Shown: positions 51,085 through 60,716, counted from the stretch's first letter. The stretch is 64,000 nt of DNA from Candidatus Campbellbacteria bacterium GW2011_OD1_34_28 (GCA_001029775.1 CP011215.1:554303-618302); one strand, 5' to 3'. A program made the numbers and translations. The notes: generated from the letters alone by a model not told the origin.

Positions 51085-51339
51085 ATGCCTTTCAAAAAGA
51101 AATATTTTTTAATTTTCTTTGTTGCACTTTTTATCTTATTTATCTCAATTTTTTTGGATATCAAGACATCATTAGAATTGGGTTTAATAGAGGTAATCTG
51201 CGTTTGTATATTAATTTCTCAAATTATATTTATACCAGTATTTGAAGATATAAAATGCCCATTATGTAGATCGTGGGATACCCACAGAAGTATATTTGGT
51301 ATCATTTGGTGTCCCCGTTGTCATCATAAATTTTGGTAA
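51085..51339 (+). CDS. hypothetical 2-TM + Zn-ribbon protein (cassette cargo)
   Basis: TTGACA 51005, SD GAGGAG, CPLC/CPRC, terminator 51344-51379. Confidence 0.6.
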   Translation: MPFKKKYFLIFFVALFILFISIFLDIKTSLELGLIEVICVCILISQIIFIPVFEDIKCPLCRSWDTHRSIFGIIWCPRCHHKFW

Positions 51340-51417
51340 TATCAAAAGGCGGGCTTTCGCAAGAAAGCCCGCCCTTTTTATTTTCAAAATTTCTTACACC
51401 TTACCCCTTACACCTTA

Positions 51418-52371
51418 CTACTCGACTTGTCCTATCTGATTAATACTTGAATTCACCAATTTTATTACATCATCAAATCTCCCCTCTTTGCTAGATCCCA
51501 AAACAGAAACAATTATCGGATGACCAATTCCGACATCAAACACGACCACCAAATTTCCCCCCGCCAAATCTGTAAATCCTGTTTTTGATCCAATAATCCC
51601 TGGGATATTTTCAACAAATTGATTTGTGTTTTCAAACAAATGATTTTTGTTATCCGAACTTATTCTTAACACAGGATATTTTGTCGCTTCAATCAATTTA
51701 TAATTGTTTTTTATAATATGATTCATTAGAAAAGCTATGTCTTTTGCCGAGCCATAAGCTCCACTCACAAGATCACTCTCATCAAGACCAGACTCGTTCA
51801 AGAAAAAAGTTTGCGCCAAACCGATTTCTTTTGCTTTTTTATTCATCTCATCTATAAACATTTCTCTTTCTGTTTTTTCACCATCTTTCAGTCTGATATA
51901 TCCGATAACAGAAGCGAGAGCATGTGCTCCATCATTTGAAGAAGCAGTTAATGTCATATCTGAAACATTTTTAAATTTTAAATTTTCTCCAACAAGCAAC
52001 CCATTGTCCCCTTCTATATTCAGATCTTCTTGTCTTATTGTAATGACAGTGTCTTTTGAAACCAATTCAGAAGATACAAGCACAGTCATAAGTTTTGTTA
52101 AAGAAGCAAGAGGCAGTTGTGTTTCGGCGTTTTTTTGAAAAAGAATTTCTCCTGTTTTTGCATCAAAAACAAATGCCGATTTTGCTTCCAATTCACCAGA
52201 AATATCTTTGAAATAATTCTTCTCTATCTTTGTTACCACACCCGCGTTTTCTTCCAATTTTTTATTTTCATTGTTCTTCCAAAAAATCCAAAACAAAACA
52301 ATCACCATTATAAAAATAATGACTGAAACAGCGATCAAAATTATTCTTTTTTTGTCATCAAAAAAATTCAT
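51418..52371 (-). CDS. D-Ala-D-Ala carboxypeptidase (S11)
   Basis: ASLTK, SSND, KTG motifs. Confidence 0.9.
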   Translation of the reverse strand: MNFFDDKKRIILIAVSVIIFIMVIVLFWIFWKNNENKKLEENAGVVTKIEKNYFKDISGELEAKSAFVFDAKTGEILFQKNAETQLPLASLTKLMTVLVSSELVSKDTVITIRQEDLNIEGDNGLLVGENLKFKNVSDMTLTASSNDGAHALASVIGYIRLKDGEKTEREMFIDEMNKKAKEIGLAQTFFLNESGLDESDLVSGAYGSAKDIAFLMNHIIKNNYKLIEATKYPVLRISSDNKNHLFENTNQFVENIPGIIGSKTGFTDLAGGNLVVVFDVGIGHPIIVSVLGSSKEGRFDDVIKLVNSSINQIGQVE

Positions 52372-52372
52372 A

Positions 52373-52945
52373 TTATTCATCGTCCAATAAGGCTTGAGAA
52401 TCTTCCTCAAACATTTCACTCTCTATTTCAACTGCTTTTTTTAACTCGCTTATCACTTTATCATATTCGGGCAATTCTTCTAAACTAGAAACCCCCAAGA
52501 AAGAAAGCAATTCAAATGTCGGAATATATAAATACGAACGCTGGTCATTTTCATCTGACTTTCTTTCCACTAATCCTCTAATCATCAAATTTCTCAAAAT
52601 AGATCCCGAATTTACCCCTCTAATATAATCTATCTCCGATTTTCTGACAGGACCCTTATATAAAACAATTGAAAGAGTTTCTATTCCTGCTTTCCCTATA
52701 TCTCTGGACAATTCTTCTTTTTTCAAATTTTCAATTACTTCGTGCATTTCAGGAGAAGTTCCCAACATCACCTTGTTATCATTTTTAATTAAACAAATTC
52801 CCCTGTCTTTGAAACTTTCTTTTAACAAATTCAATGCATCAGATATTTCGCCCTCTTTCACATTTAAAATTTCAGCAAGTTGTTTTGTTGAAACTGGCTC
52901 GCCTTTGAAAAATAATATTGATTCTATTTTTGAACTTAAATTCAT
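52373..52945 (-). CDS. scpB: segregation/condensation protein B
   Basis: IESILF, ETLSIV.Y.GP, IDYIRGVNS. Confidence 0.93.
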   Translation of the reverse strand: MNLSSKIESILFFKGEPVSTKQLAEILNVKEGEISDALNLLKESFKDRGICLIKNDNKVMLGTSPEMHEVIENLKKEELSRDIGKAGIETLSIVLYKGPVRKSEIDYIRGVNSGSILRNLMIRGLVERKSDENDQRSYLYIPTFELLSFLGVSSLEELPEYDKVISELKKAVEIESEMFEEDSQALLDDE

Positions 52946-53056
52946 AAAAATTTTTATATTAATCCAAATTAGGATGTGTTTTTATGGATTGCTTCGCTTC
53001 GCTCGCAAAGACGATGAGAGTGACGAAACAATTCACAATTTAATAATTTAAAGATA

Positions 53057-53782
53057 TTAATAAACCGGAGTACTGATATCGGTATTCTCAATATCAATCT
53101 CTCCAAAAGTAGCAGTTTGTTTTACCGCCACAATACCTTGTTTTACCAATTCCAACACCGCCAAAAAACTGACAACAACATTTATTTTTTCTGTTTTGTT
53201 TCCAGAAAATTCACTAAAACTCATTTTGACTTGTCTCTTAATTCTTTCTGTTAGATTGTCTATCATTTCTTCTAGACTGATTACTTTTCTTACGGCTCCT
53301 TTTGAAATAATTTCTTTTTTAGGCAATTTTGTAATAACCGAAACAATAGAAGAAAATAAATTATCTACACTAGTGTGTTTGTCGGGAGAAAAAATAATTT
53401 CAATATTTTTTGTTTTATTACCTGCAAAAATAATATTTTTTCCAAATCTCTGGTTAACATGAACAGAAAGCTCACGAAATCTTTTATAAAGTTTTAATCT
53501 GTTTTCAAGATCCTCAATACTTTGTTCTTCTTCTGTAGACAAATTTAAATTTGGCAAAAGCGATTTTGATTTTATAAGCATTAAAGCCGAGGCAATTAAA
53601 ACAAACTCGGAGGATTCTCTTATAGACATTGATCCCCTATTCCTTATATATTCAATATAATCATCAGCAATAACAGACAAGGAAATATCGTTTATAAAAA
53701 GTCTTCTCTTTTCTATTAAATCTAGAAGCAACCCCAAAGGGCCTTCAAAAGATTGTGTTTTTATTGTATATTCTGAATCCAT
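53057..53782 (-). CDS. scpA: segregation/condensation protein A
   Basis: FEGPLGLLL, IKSKSLLP, FLAVLELVK. Confidence 0.93.
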   Translation of the reverse strand: MDSEYTIKTQSFEGPLGLLLDLIEKRRLFINDISLSVIADDYIEYIRNRGSMSIRESSEFVLIASALMLIKSKSLLPNLNLSTEEEQSIEDLENRLKLYKRFRELSVHVNQRFGKNIIFAGNKTKNIEIIFSPDKHTSVDNLFSSIVSVITKLPKKEIISKGAVRKVISLEEMIDNLTERIKRQVKMSFSEFSGNKTEKINVVVSFLAVLELVKQGIVAVKQTATFGEIDIENTDISTPVY

Positions 53783-53886
53783 GTTTCTATCATTATAACA
53801 ATAAATTCAAGATAAAAAAGAGAATTTTGATTTAAAAAAGACCAACGCTGAAAGCGCTGGTCTTTTGACAAGTTCACCGGGCGGAG

Positions 53887-54141
53887 TTAGTTTTCCCAGT
53901 GAACCGGTCCGTGGAAGAGGCCGGCTTTGAGGGAATAGTCTTTCCCTCTGAAGTTGAACTGAACAGCTCTCAGATCGTCATTTCGTCCAGTAACCTGGAC
54001 GACGACTTCTCCGGTGCTACCATTCAGTGCCCTGACCAAATCGAGTCCTTCGGGACTTTGATGCCCCAAGAGGATCCTTTTGACATGGTCAACCTCAAAA
54101 GCAGCCTTTCCTTTTGCCGGTACAAAACCTTCTTTGCTCAT
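53887..54141 (-). CDS. hypothetical GC-rich protein (cassette cargo)
   Basis: minus-strand TTGACA at 54233-54238, SD GGGAG, terminator 53834-53866. Confidence 0.55.
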   Translation of the reverse strand: MSKEGFVPAKGKAAFEVDHVKRILLGHQSPEGLDLVRALNGSTGEVVVQVTGRNDDLRAVQFNFRGKDYSLKAGLFHGPVHWEN

Positions 54142-54344
54142 ACCAAACTCCCTATAAAAAAGAAAAAAGAAACCGTGACAGCACCCATACCGTCACAGAC
54201 CTGATTTCAAATATAGCTACTTTAAACCCTTATGTCAAATGTTTTTCCACAACAAGTTGTTCGTTGATTTTAATTGACATACAATTTTGGCAAGCATAGA
54301 ATAAAATCAGAAGTGTTCTCTCAAACCTTTGGAAAGGAGTGGTT

Positions 54345-54767
54345 ATGAACGAGATTGATAAATTGGCATTGATGGCGTCGTTGTCCGAAGAGCACTGCGA
54401 ACTTAACCATGGACCCGAAACATCTCATTTATTTACCCCTGCAATTGATTATCTTATTCAGCCATTTGGATATACCGTGAGCGATGTAGAAGAAGTTTCT
54501 GTGAGGGATATGATTGTCCCCATCTGCGCCGAGTGTGCAAAAGCATTGCAAGGTAACGAATGGACACTCTTTTATTGTTTTGAGTGCAACAGTAGTCATT
54601 GGATTTATCGCAAACATGCCCGTCTGCGTTACCGATACAATGTCCTCTGGCTTCGGGGCTGTCCTGAATGTACCAAAGAATTCGGTGGTCTCTACTTTTC
54701 CGATTTCAAGGGATTGCCCGAAGAAACCTATTTCTTGAGCCAACAGGCTGTAAAAAAAATCGTTTGA
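54345..54767 (+). CDS. Cys-rich hypothetical protein (cassette cargo)
   Basis: TTGACA 54274, SD AAGGAG; CAEC, CFEC, CPEC; terminator 54784-54816. Confidence 0.65.
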   Translation: MNEIDKLALMASLSEEHCELNHGPETSHLFTPAIDYLIQPFGYTVSDVEEVSVRDMIVPICAECAKALQGNEWTLFYCFECNSSHWIYRKHARLRYRYNVLWLRGCPECTKEFGGLYFSDFKGLPEETYFLSQQAVKKIV

Positions 54768-54836
54768 TTTTCACAAAAACAAAAACTCATGTCATCTTCA
54801 CGACATGAGCTTTTTTAATTTATTATTTTATTTTTA

Positions 54837-55064
54837 TTATCTCAAAATTGCGTTTAGAAGAGTAATAACAAAACTGAACCCTCCTGAAATGAGTGCTAAA
54901 ACAGTTGGTCTATCTCTATACCACTTATAATATCTTGGGTCAGGGTTGCTGTCCATAAACAAATAAAATAATAACTAGACGGTTAGTATTACAACTGAAA
55001 CAACATAACTAATTGTTCCTGTGAATAATGCCAATGCTAGTAATCCTTCGTATTTTGTATTCAT
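54837..55064 (-). pseudogene. small membrane protein ORF with internal TAG
   Basis: in-frame TAG at 54975-54977 within a continuous hydrophobic reading frame. Confidence 0.4.
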
Positions 55065-55413
55065 ACCTTAAATAATACAACACTAAAACAAAAATTGGAA
55101 AGCCAATTTATCAACAGCTATTTTTAATAGTGTGTTGACATTATAGATTATATATAATATAAAAAGAGTATGGAAACAAATTGGAAAAATATTAATAGAG
55201 GCCCAAAAACAGACGCGCAAGATTCTTGTGTAATGTTTTTGAATTACCAAACAAAGGCTGGGCAGAATATTTTTTCAACTTCTAATAAAATCCCTATCAA
55301 TTAAGGATTATAAACTATTTAGAAATACAGAGGTTCAAAAAATATCCTGCTCAAAAACGAGCAGGATATTTTGTTCTTTAGTGTTCTTCGAAAACAAAAC
55401 AATGGAGAAAAAA

Positions 55414-55989
55414 ATGGAAAAAGAAAAAAACAAGGCGGTATTTTTGGAAGGAAAAAAAGTAAATCTTCGACCTGTAAAAGAAGAGGATGCCGAAAAATTT
55501 ATTCAGTGGGTAAATGATCAGGAAGTGACACAATACCTCATTATGTTTATGCCTATTACTCTTATGCAAGAAAAAGAGTGGGTAAAAAATGTCAGCTGTA
55601 AAGATAATGAGTTGTTTCTTGTCATTGAGACAAAAGATGGAGAGGCTATCGGCACAACCGGATTTCACCAAATAAATTGGAAAGACAGAAATGCTTCACA
55701 CGGCATTATGATCGGAAATAAAAAATATTGGGGAGGCGGATTTGGAACTGAGGCGGGAATGCTTTTGTTCAACTATGCTTTTCAGGAATTGGGTTTAAAC
55801 AAAATAAATTCCAACCTCATCGGCTATAACAAAAGAAGCCTTCGCTACCACCTTGGTTGTGGTTTTAAAATTGTCGGAAGAATGCGCAAGCAGGTCTTTC
55901 GCAAGGGATCTTTTCACGATCAGATCTTTGTAGATCTTTTCCCGAAAGATTTTAAAAAGGTGTGGAAAAAGTATATTTCTTCAAAATAA
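55414..55989 (+). CDS. GNAT acetyltransferase, RimJ/RimL family
   Basis: LEGKKVNLRP, YWGGGFGTEA, GFKIVG; SD GGAGA. Confidence 0.88.
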   Translation: MEKEKNKAVFLEGKKVNLRPVKEEDAEKFIQWVNDQEVTQYLIMFMPITLMQEKEWVKNVSCKDNELFLVIETKDGEAIGTTGFHQINWKDRNASHGIMIGNKKYWGGGFGTEAGMLLFNYAFQELGLNKINSNLIGYNKRSLRYHLGCGFKIVGRMRKQVFRKGSFHDQIFVDLFPKDFKKVWKKYISSK

Positions 55990-56043
55990 AAACCTTCACA
56001 CAGAGCAACGACACTCCCGTATTGCAATATATGGGAGTGTTTT

Positions 56044-56592
56044 TTATTTCATAAAAACCAACTCTACCCTACTTACTTCATAAGGTTCTTTTGAGTGAGA
56101 AATACTTAGATTAGATTTTTTGAAAGTTTTGTGTAAATGTTTTGCTATTCTTACCGCCAACTGATTTTCTGTTGTAGTCACATTGAAAGACTCTCTGTCT
56201 TTCCTTATTCTGATGATGCGACTTTGAGGATCTTTTTTTAATTCCCTTTCTGCAAAAGCTTTTATCGTATTTAAAACATCGTCTTTATAATTTACAGAAA
56301 CATTTTTTATAGTAATTTCACCTTCATACAAACCTTCTTTTATCATCTTACAAGCAGGACACTGTCTAAAGTGATGCTCTTTTTTATCAAATTCTTTTTT
56401 TGAGAAAAAATCTTTCCCCAATGCTTTGCTGTCTGAATGATGCCACTCTTTTTTAAACAAAACATTTTTACAGTCAGGACAAACAGCAACACCTTCTGCT
56501 GATTTCCAATGTTGATCATTTTTTTGTTCTCCTTTTCTCAAAAGAACTTTTTTAGATCTTGTATTTTTTGATGCCTTATAAAATTTTGACAT
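56044..56592 (-). CDS. BCAM0308/NMD3-like Zn-binding protein
   Basis: CPDC..W, CPAC, DPQSRII, TTTENQLA.RI. Confidence 0.7.
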   Translation of the reverse strand: MSKFYKASKNTRSKKVLLRKGEQKNDQHWKSAEGVAVCPDCKNVLFKKEWHHSDSKALGKDFFSKKEFDKKEHHFRQCPACKMIKEGLYEGEITIKNVSVNYKDDVLNTIKAFAERELKKDPQSRIIRIRKDRESFNVTTTENQLAVRIAKHLHKTFKKSNLSISHSKEPYEVSRVELVFMK

Positions 56593-56929
56593 AAGTCTGA
56601 TTTAAATTATTCACTAATAAAATCGACCTATATAGAAAATTGTTTGTCAGATGTAGAGTAAGTTTCGCTTTTTCAAGCGGAAGACTATATATAGATATTA
56701 TATCACAGACAAGGCTGATAGCCGATAGCTTATAGCCAATACCTGCCTGCCGTGTCGTTGCTTTTCTTTTAGAAAAGAAGCAGGGATGATAGTAACGATG
56801 AGCGAGTTTTTAATTTGACACACTGTTTCGTAATTCAAAAAAGAGAGAAATTTGTTTCACAAATTTCTCTCTTTTTTTTCTTACTGACTATCAGCTATAA
56901 GCTATCGGCTATTGGCTTTTTATTTGATT

Positions 56930-57938
56930 TTACATTTTCCAAAGTTTTTTGACAGCAATCCATCCATATTTAGCTACGAGCAATGCAATCAAAAGATAAA
57001 TTGCTATTTTAATTAACATCAATAAGTAACTAGCAAGGTTCACCGAAATGTCTTGAAGCATTCTATTGAATTCATTTATAAATTGTCTTACTTCATAAAT
57101 CCATGAATCTTTTAGTGCCTTACCGTCAAAAATAATTATTTCTGAAACATTTAATCTGAAATATGTGTAATCTATTTTGTCCAACTGATCTGCTTTAGCT
57201 CTGTTTAATCTGTCTATTTGTTCTTTAATATTGATTCTCTCCGTTGTAAGTCTTTCAATCAACTGAATTTTTGAATCAATAATTTTCGCCAAACTTGCAA
57301 CATCCTGAGTTCTGGTCGCCAACACAGTTATGTCATCATATGCACTTTGTGCATCTGTTAAAGTTTTTTCTAATGAGGTTAGTTTCTTTTCCAAAATTTC
57401 AACCTCACTTGTGTAATCATCAACAACATTTTTTATAGTAGTAGTATTAGCATTTAGGTTTTCAGGTTTCAAATCTTTTACGGTTGCTAAAACTTCTTCT
57501 GCATTTTCATTTTTCACTTTAAAAGTGTAAGAACAATTTCTATCATCGCGATTACTGTTTTCAAAAATTACATAATCAAAACCTTTCAATTCTTCAATTC
57601 TTCCACAAGTTTTATCCAAATTTCCGGTCTTGATATTTCCATAATACTCTGTGACTTCAAATTCTTCGGCATCAGATCCAATCGTTCCTTGATTGATAAT
57701 CACATTTCTCATGGATAATTCCTTCATCGCTACTCCATCTTCTTCATACATCATGTCATAACCCATATCATAAGAAGGGGCAGAACTAGGAGATATCATA
57801 TTATTTCCTCCATAAAAAGCAGTTCTAAAAGCGAAGCTAAAAAACCAAACAGCAACTGACAAAAAAAATCAGTCCCAAGATTCCAATTCCTAAAATCTTC
57901 ACAATGGGAAGATTTTTTATTTTTTCTAATATTTCCAT
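56930..57938 (-). pseudogene. DUF4349-like membrane protein, frameshifted near 5' end
   Basis: ATG 57938 frame joins the 310-aa ORF if the T8 run (57861-57868) is T7. Confidence 0.65.
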
Positions 57939-57966
57939 AAATAAGTACTTAAAAAAATTAATAATT

Positions 57967-58155
57967 TTATTCTTCAGTAAAATAATTTTCATCGTCAGAA
58001 TATATCACCCCTTCTTTTCTTGTATTTTTTTCTATTCTTCTTAAAATTTTTTCTATCTCGTCTATTTTCCAATACCATGTCATTACTTTTCTAATCAAAA
58101 AGAAAAAACCAATCAAAACAACAACGCTTGGAATTATTATTATACCGATATCCAT
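57967..58155 (-). CDS. small membrane protein
   Basis: TM + WYWKI. Confidence 0.55.
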   Translation of the reverse strand: MDIGIIIIPSVVVLIGFFFLIRKVMTWYWKIDEIEKILRRIEKNTRKEGVIYSDDENYFTEE

Positions 58156-58179
58156 TATCTTTAAAATAAGATTGATAAT

Positions 58180-58251
58180 TTATTTAGAAGCCTTTTTGTC
58201 TTTTTTAGGCTTTTTTACATTTTTCTTTTGTTTGTCTCTACCTTTTGCCAT
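58180..58251 (-). CDS. 23-aa Lys-rich peptide
   Basis: MAKGRDKQKKNVKKPKKDKKASK. Confidence 0.45.
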   Translation of the reverse strand: MAKGRDKQKKNVKKPKKDKKASK

Positions 58252-58536
58252 ATATCAAATTAGTAGTAAGGTGTAAGGATTAAGTAGTAAGTAAAATTTT
58301 GCTTTGCAAAATTTTTTTATACTTCAAACTTTTCTTTTCTACTTTTTAAATTAATTAATAAACTTTTATAAGTAAATTATAGCACCGTTCGTCTTTGCGA
58401 GTAACAAAGTAATCCACAACATTCACATTTCATAATTCAAAACCCTTTACTCAATCCATACGACCGTATAAATTGAGTAAAATGTTCCAAATAGATCATA
58501 GTTTTAATAGTTAATTATTATAAAATATTTCGTAGT

Positions 58537-58695
58537 CTATTTTCTTTTAAAATCTGCCCACAAAGACAAAATACCGAGAGCAAGAAACAAAGATGCTTCC
58601 AACCAATTTTCTTCTTGAATTGCCGTAATCAAAGCAATCCCAAAGAAAAGAATAAAAACTGTTATGTTTACAAATCCTATGTTTTTCATTTTCAT
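58537..58695 (-). CDS. 52-aa 2-TM protein (not in ORF track)
   Basis: MKMKNIGFVNITVFILFFGIAL...WADFKRK. Confidence 0.5.
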   Translation of the reverse strand: MKMKNIGFVNITVFILFFGIALITAIQEENWLEASLFLALGILSLWADFKRK

Positions 58696-58731
58696 AATTT
58701 GATTATTTTTAATTTAGTATTTTGATGCTTC

Positions 58732-59205
58732 TCACTTTAACTTATTTTCAAATTCATTCAATAATTTTAAATATTCTAACTGTCTTTCTTTTTTTACCCA
58801 ACTCTCAGATAATTTACTCATATCGCCATTTTTCATAACTGAACTACACGGTGCACAATAAAAATTATCTTGAGTCGCAATAAAAATCCAGGGAGACTCC
58901 CAGCGCTTAAGAAGTTTTTCAGAATAATTTTTTATTTCTTCTAGATTGAAATTTTTTTGATATTTAACCTCCACAAGATATATTTTTGTTTTATCTTCAG
59001 ATACTAAAGCAAAATCAGGTGCTTCAGATATATTATCTATAACTTTTGGGACTTCTGAAATATGCCTATATTGAGCAAGTGTTGGCATTGTGTGTTCGTA
59101 ACCGAAAGGAATTACAGTATATTGCTCCTCCTCTCGAATCATTTGTTCAAAAATAACTTCCGCAATACGTCCTTTAATTAAATTTCTCGAAAAATCTATA
59201 TTCAT
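58732..59205 (-). CDS. PD-(D/E)XK nuclease-fold protein
   Basis: KGRIAE...PDF...YLVEVK. Confidence 0.65.
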   Translation of the reverse strand: MNIDFSRNLIKGRIAEVIFEQMIREEEQYTVIPFGYEHTMPTLAQYRHISEVPKVIDNISEAPDFALVSEDKTKIYLVEVKYQKNFNLEEIKNYSEKLLKRWESPWIFIATQDNFYCAPCSSVMKNGDMSKLSESWVKKERQLEYLKLLNEFENKLK

Positions 59206-59269
59206 GAATTTATAATAACATTTTTTAAAGATTGAAAAAATAAGATTAATCTTGTATTATAGTGTCTAT

Positions 59270-59340
59270 TGCGAGATCGTCTAATGGTAGGACTGCGGTT
59301 TTTGGTACCGCCTATCTAGGTTCGAATCCTAGTCTCGCAG
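59270..59340 (+). tRNA. tRNA-Gln (TTG), CCA not encoded
   Basis: acceptor TGCGAGA/TCTCGCA, anticodon arm GCGGT-TTTTGGT-ACCGC, T-loop GTTCGAATC; promoter TTGAAA-17-TATTAT. Confidence 0.95.
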
Positions 59341-59563
59341 CAAAATGAACGAAGTGAAATTTTACTGCGGGACTAGAAACAGTACCTAAGTACTGTTTCG
59401 TAGGACTCGAACGGCGGAGCGGTTTACGATTTTTATTTTTTTCTGACACAAACAGAAAAAAATAAAAATTGTCGCGAGCCGCGTCCAGCGGTACTTAGTA
59501 AAATTTGAGCAAAGCGAAAAAGTTTACTTAGTAACCGCGGGAAGAATCCTAGTCTCGCAGCAA
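59324..59563. mobile_element. 220-bp tRNA 3'-end-associated element with 20-bp direct repeat
   Basis: GAATCCTAGTCTCGCAGCAA at 59324-59343 and 59544-59563. Confidence 0.6.
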
Positions 59564-59605
59564 CGATAAACAAAAATACCGATTGAGGTATTTTAATTAA
59601 ACAAA

Positions 59606-59712
59606 TAAAAACGACCACATTGTGGTCGTTTTCTCTCTGGTTTGCTCAATCCTGAAAAGCGGTTGAGCGAGTTGGATTGTCACCAGAGAAGGACATTCCC
59701 TCTCGCTTGACT
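59606..59712 (-). ncRNA. candidate ~100-nt structured small RNA
   Basis: promoter TTGACT-16-TACTAT (59746-59719), long hairpin, terminator AAAACGACCAC/GTGGTCGTTTT. Confidence 0.4.
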
Positions 59713-59779
59713 ATACATATAGTAACATATCAGATAGAAAAGTCAATAGTAACATCAATTATAAAATATCCTATATTTC

Positions 59780-59855
59780 ATTTACTTTTTAACTCAAATA
59801 TTGTAGTGTTTCAAATAGATTAAGAACTTTTAGAAAGCTTTACAAGGAGAAAAAG
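59780..59855 (+). repeat. family-C leader, copy 1
   Basis: 42 bp identical to 62379-62420; TTTACT-17-TAGTGT; SD AAGGAG. Confidence 0.9.
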
Positions 59856-60227
59856 ATGAAAAAAATTGAAATTCCCTACTTTATTCAAATGCGAGGTTGC
59901 ATCAATTGTGAAATCTCAAAGAAACACAAAGAAAAAACTGGGAAAAAATATGGTTTTGACCATGAATTAATGTCTGTGTGTGTCATTAGAGGCTGTACTT
60001 CCAAAGGCTATAGCCTAGGACGACCATTTTTTGATATGGAACAACTTTTGGAAACTGTCCCTAAAAAAATTGAAAATCCAAAAAAAGCATTATCTCTTGT
60101 TGAACAACATCGTAATGATACAAAAAATAATTATGGTGTTTATTACAAAGAACTTGGTGTTGATATAGATGAAGCCTTTGATAATATTCGACGGAAAATT
60201 CAACAGCAATTAGACCTTAAACCGTAG
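59856..60227 (+). CDS. hypothetical Cys-containing protein (family-C cargo)
   Basis: CINC...C....C; SD. Confidence 0.65.
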   Translation: MKKIEIPYFIQMRGCINCEISKKHKEKTGKKYGFDHELMSVCVIRGCTSKGYSLGRPFFDMEQLLETVPKKIENPKKALSLVEQHRNDTKNNYGVYYKELGVDIDEAFDNIRRKIQQQLDLKP

Positions 60228-60238
60228 AGGAGAAATAA

Positions 60239-60616
60239 ATGACAACACACACATTTTCAAAAGAGTGGCCCGAGAGATGGGCAAGGTCAGATAAAGCATG
60301 GTCCAAGTGGAAAAAAGACGCAGAAAAAGGGAAATTTCCCAAACCAAGAGATCTCCAAAAGACTTGTGGTTATTGTGAAGAACATGGGGGAGTTTTTAGA
60401 GAAAAAGATCCTGACTGTGATAAATGTACTTTATATAAAAAATATATTTGTCACAACATCCTTCTTGTCCAAATGTCAGACATCCCCATATTTTGGTTAC
60501 TTGTTAGGGAACTTAAAAGAAACGAGATAGATAAACCTCGTGTGATCAGATTAATAAGCAGAATAGCCGATGCTATCAAAGAAGATGACCCTTCAAAAAC
60601 GACTGTTTCTGCATAA
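60239..60616 (+). CDS. Cys-rich hypothetical, paralog of 62455-62850
   Basis: WPERW, CGYC, C..C, EDDPSK.T.SA. Confidence 0.7.
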   Translation: MTTHTFSKEWPERWARSDKAWSKWKKDAEKGKFPKPRDLQKTCGYCEEHGGVFREKDPDCDKCTLYKKYICHNILLVQMSDIPIFWLLVRELKRNEIDKPRVIRLISRIADAIKEDDPSKTTVSA

Positions 60617-60619
60617 AGA

Positions 60620-60689
60620 AAACAAAGGCTGACTTTCGCCAAAAGCGAAAGTCAGCCTTTTAAAATTGTAAGACGTCCGACTTCTTACA
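60620..60689 (+). repeat. family-C trailer/terminator, copy 1
   Basis: AAAGGCTGACTTTCGCCAAAAGCGAAAGTCAGCCTTT identical at 62855-62891. Confidence 0.9.
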
Positions 60690-60716
60690 TTTTTTTATCG
60701 ACTATAGCACCAAAGA

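Noticed and set aside
59270-59563. Prophage or integrase island at tRNA-Gln
   Set aside because: Only 220 bp between the repeats, with no integrase or phage genes; reported as a miniature element instead.
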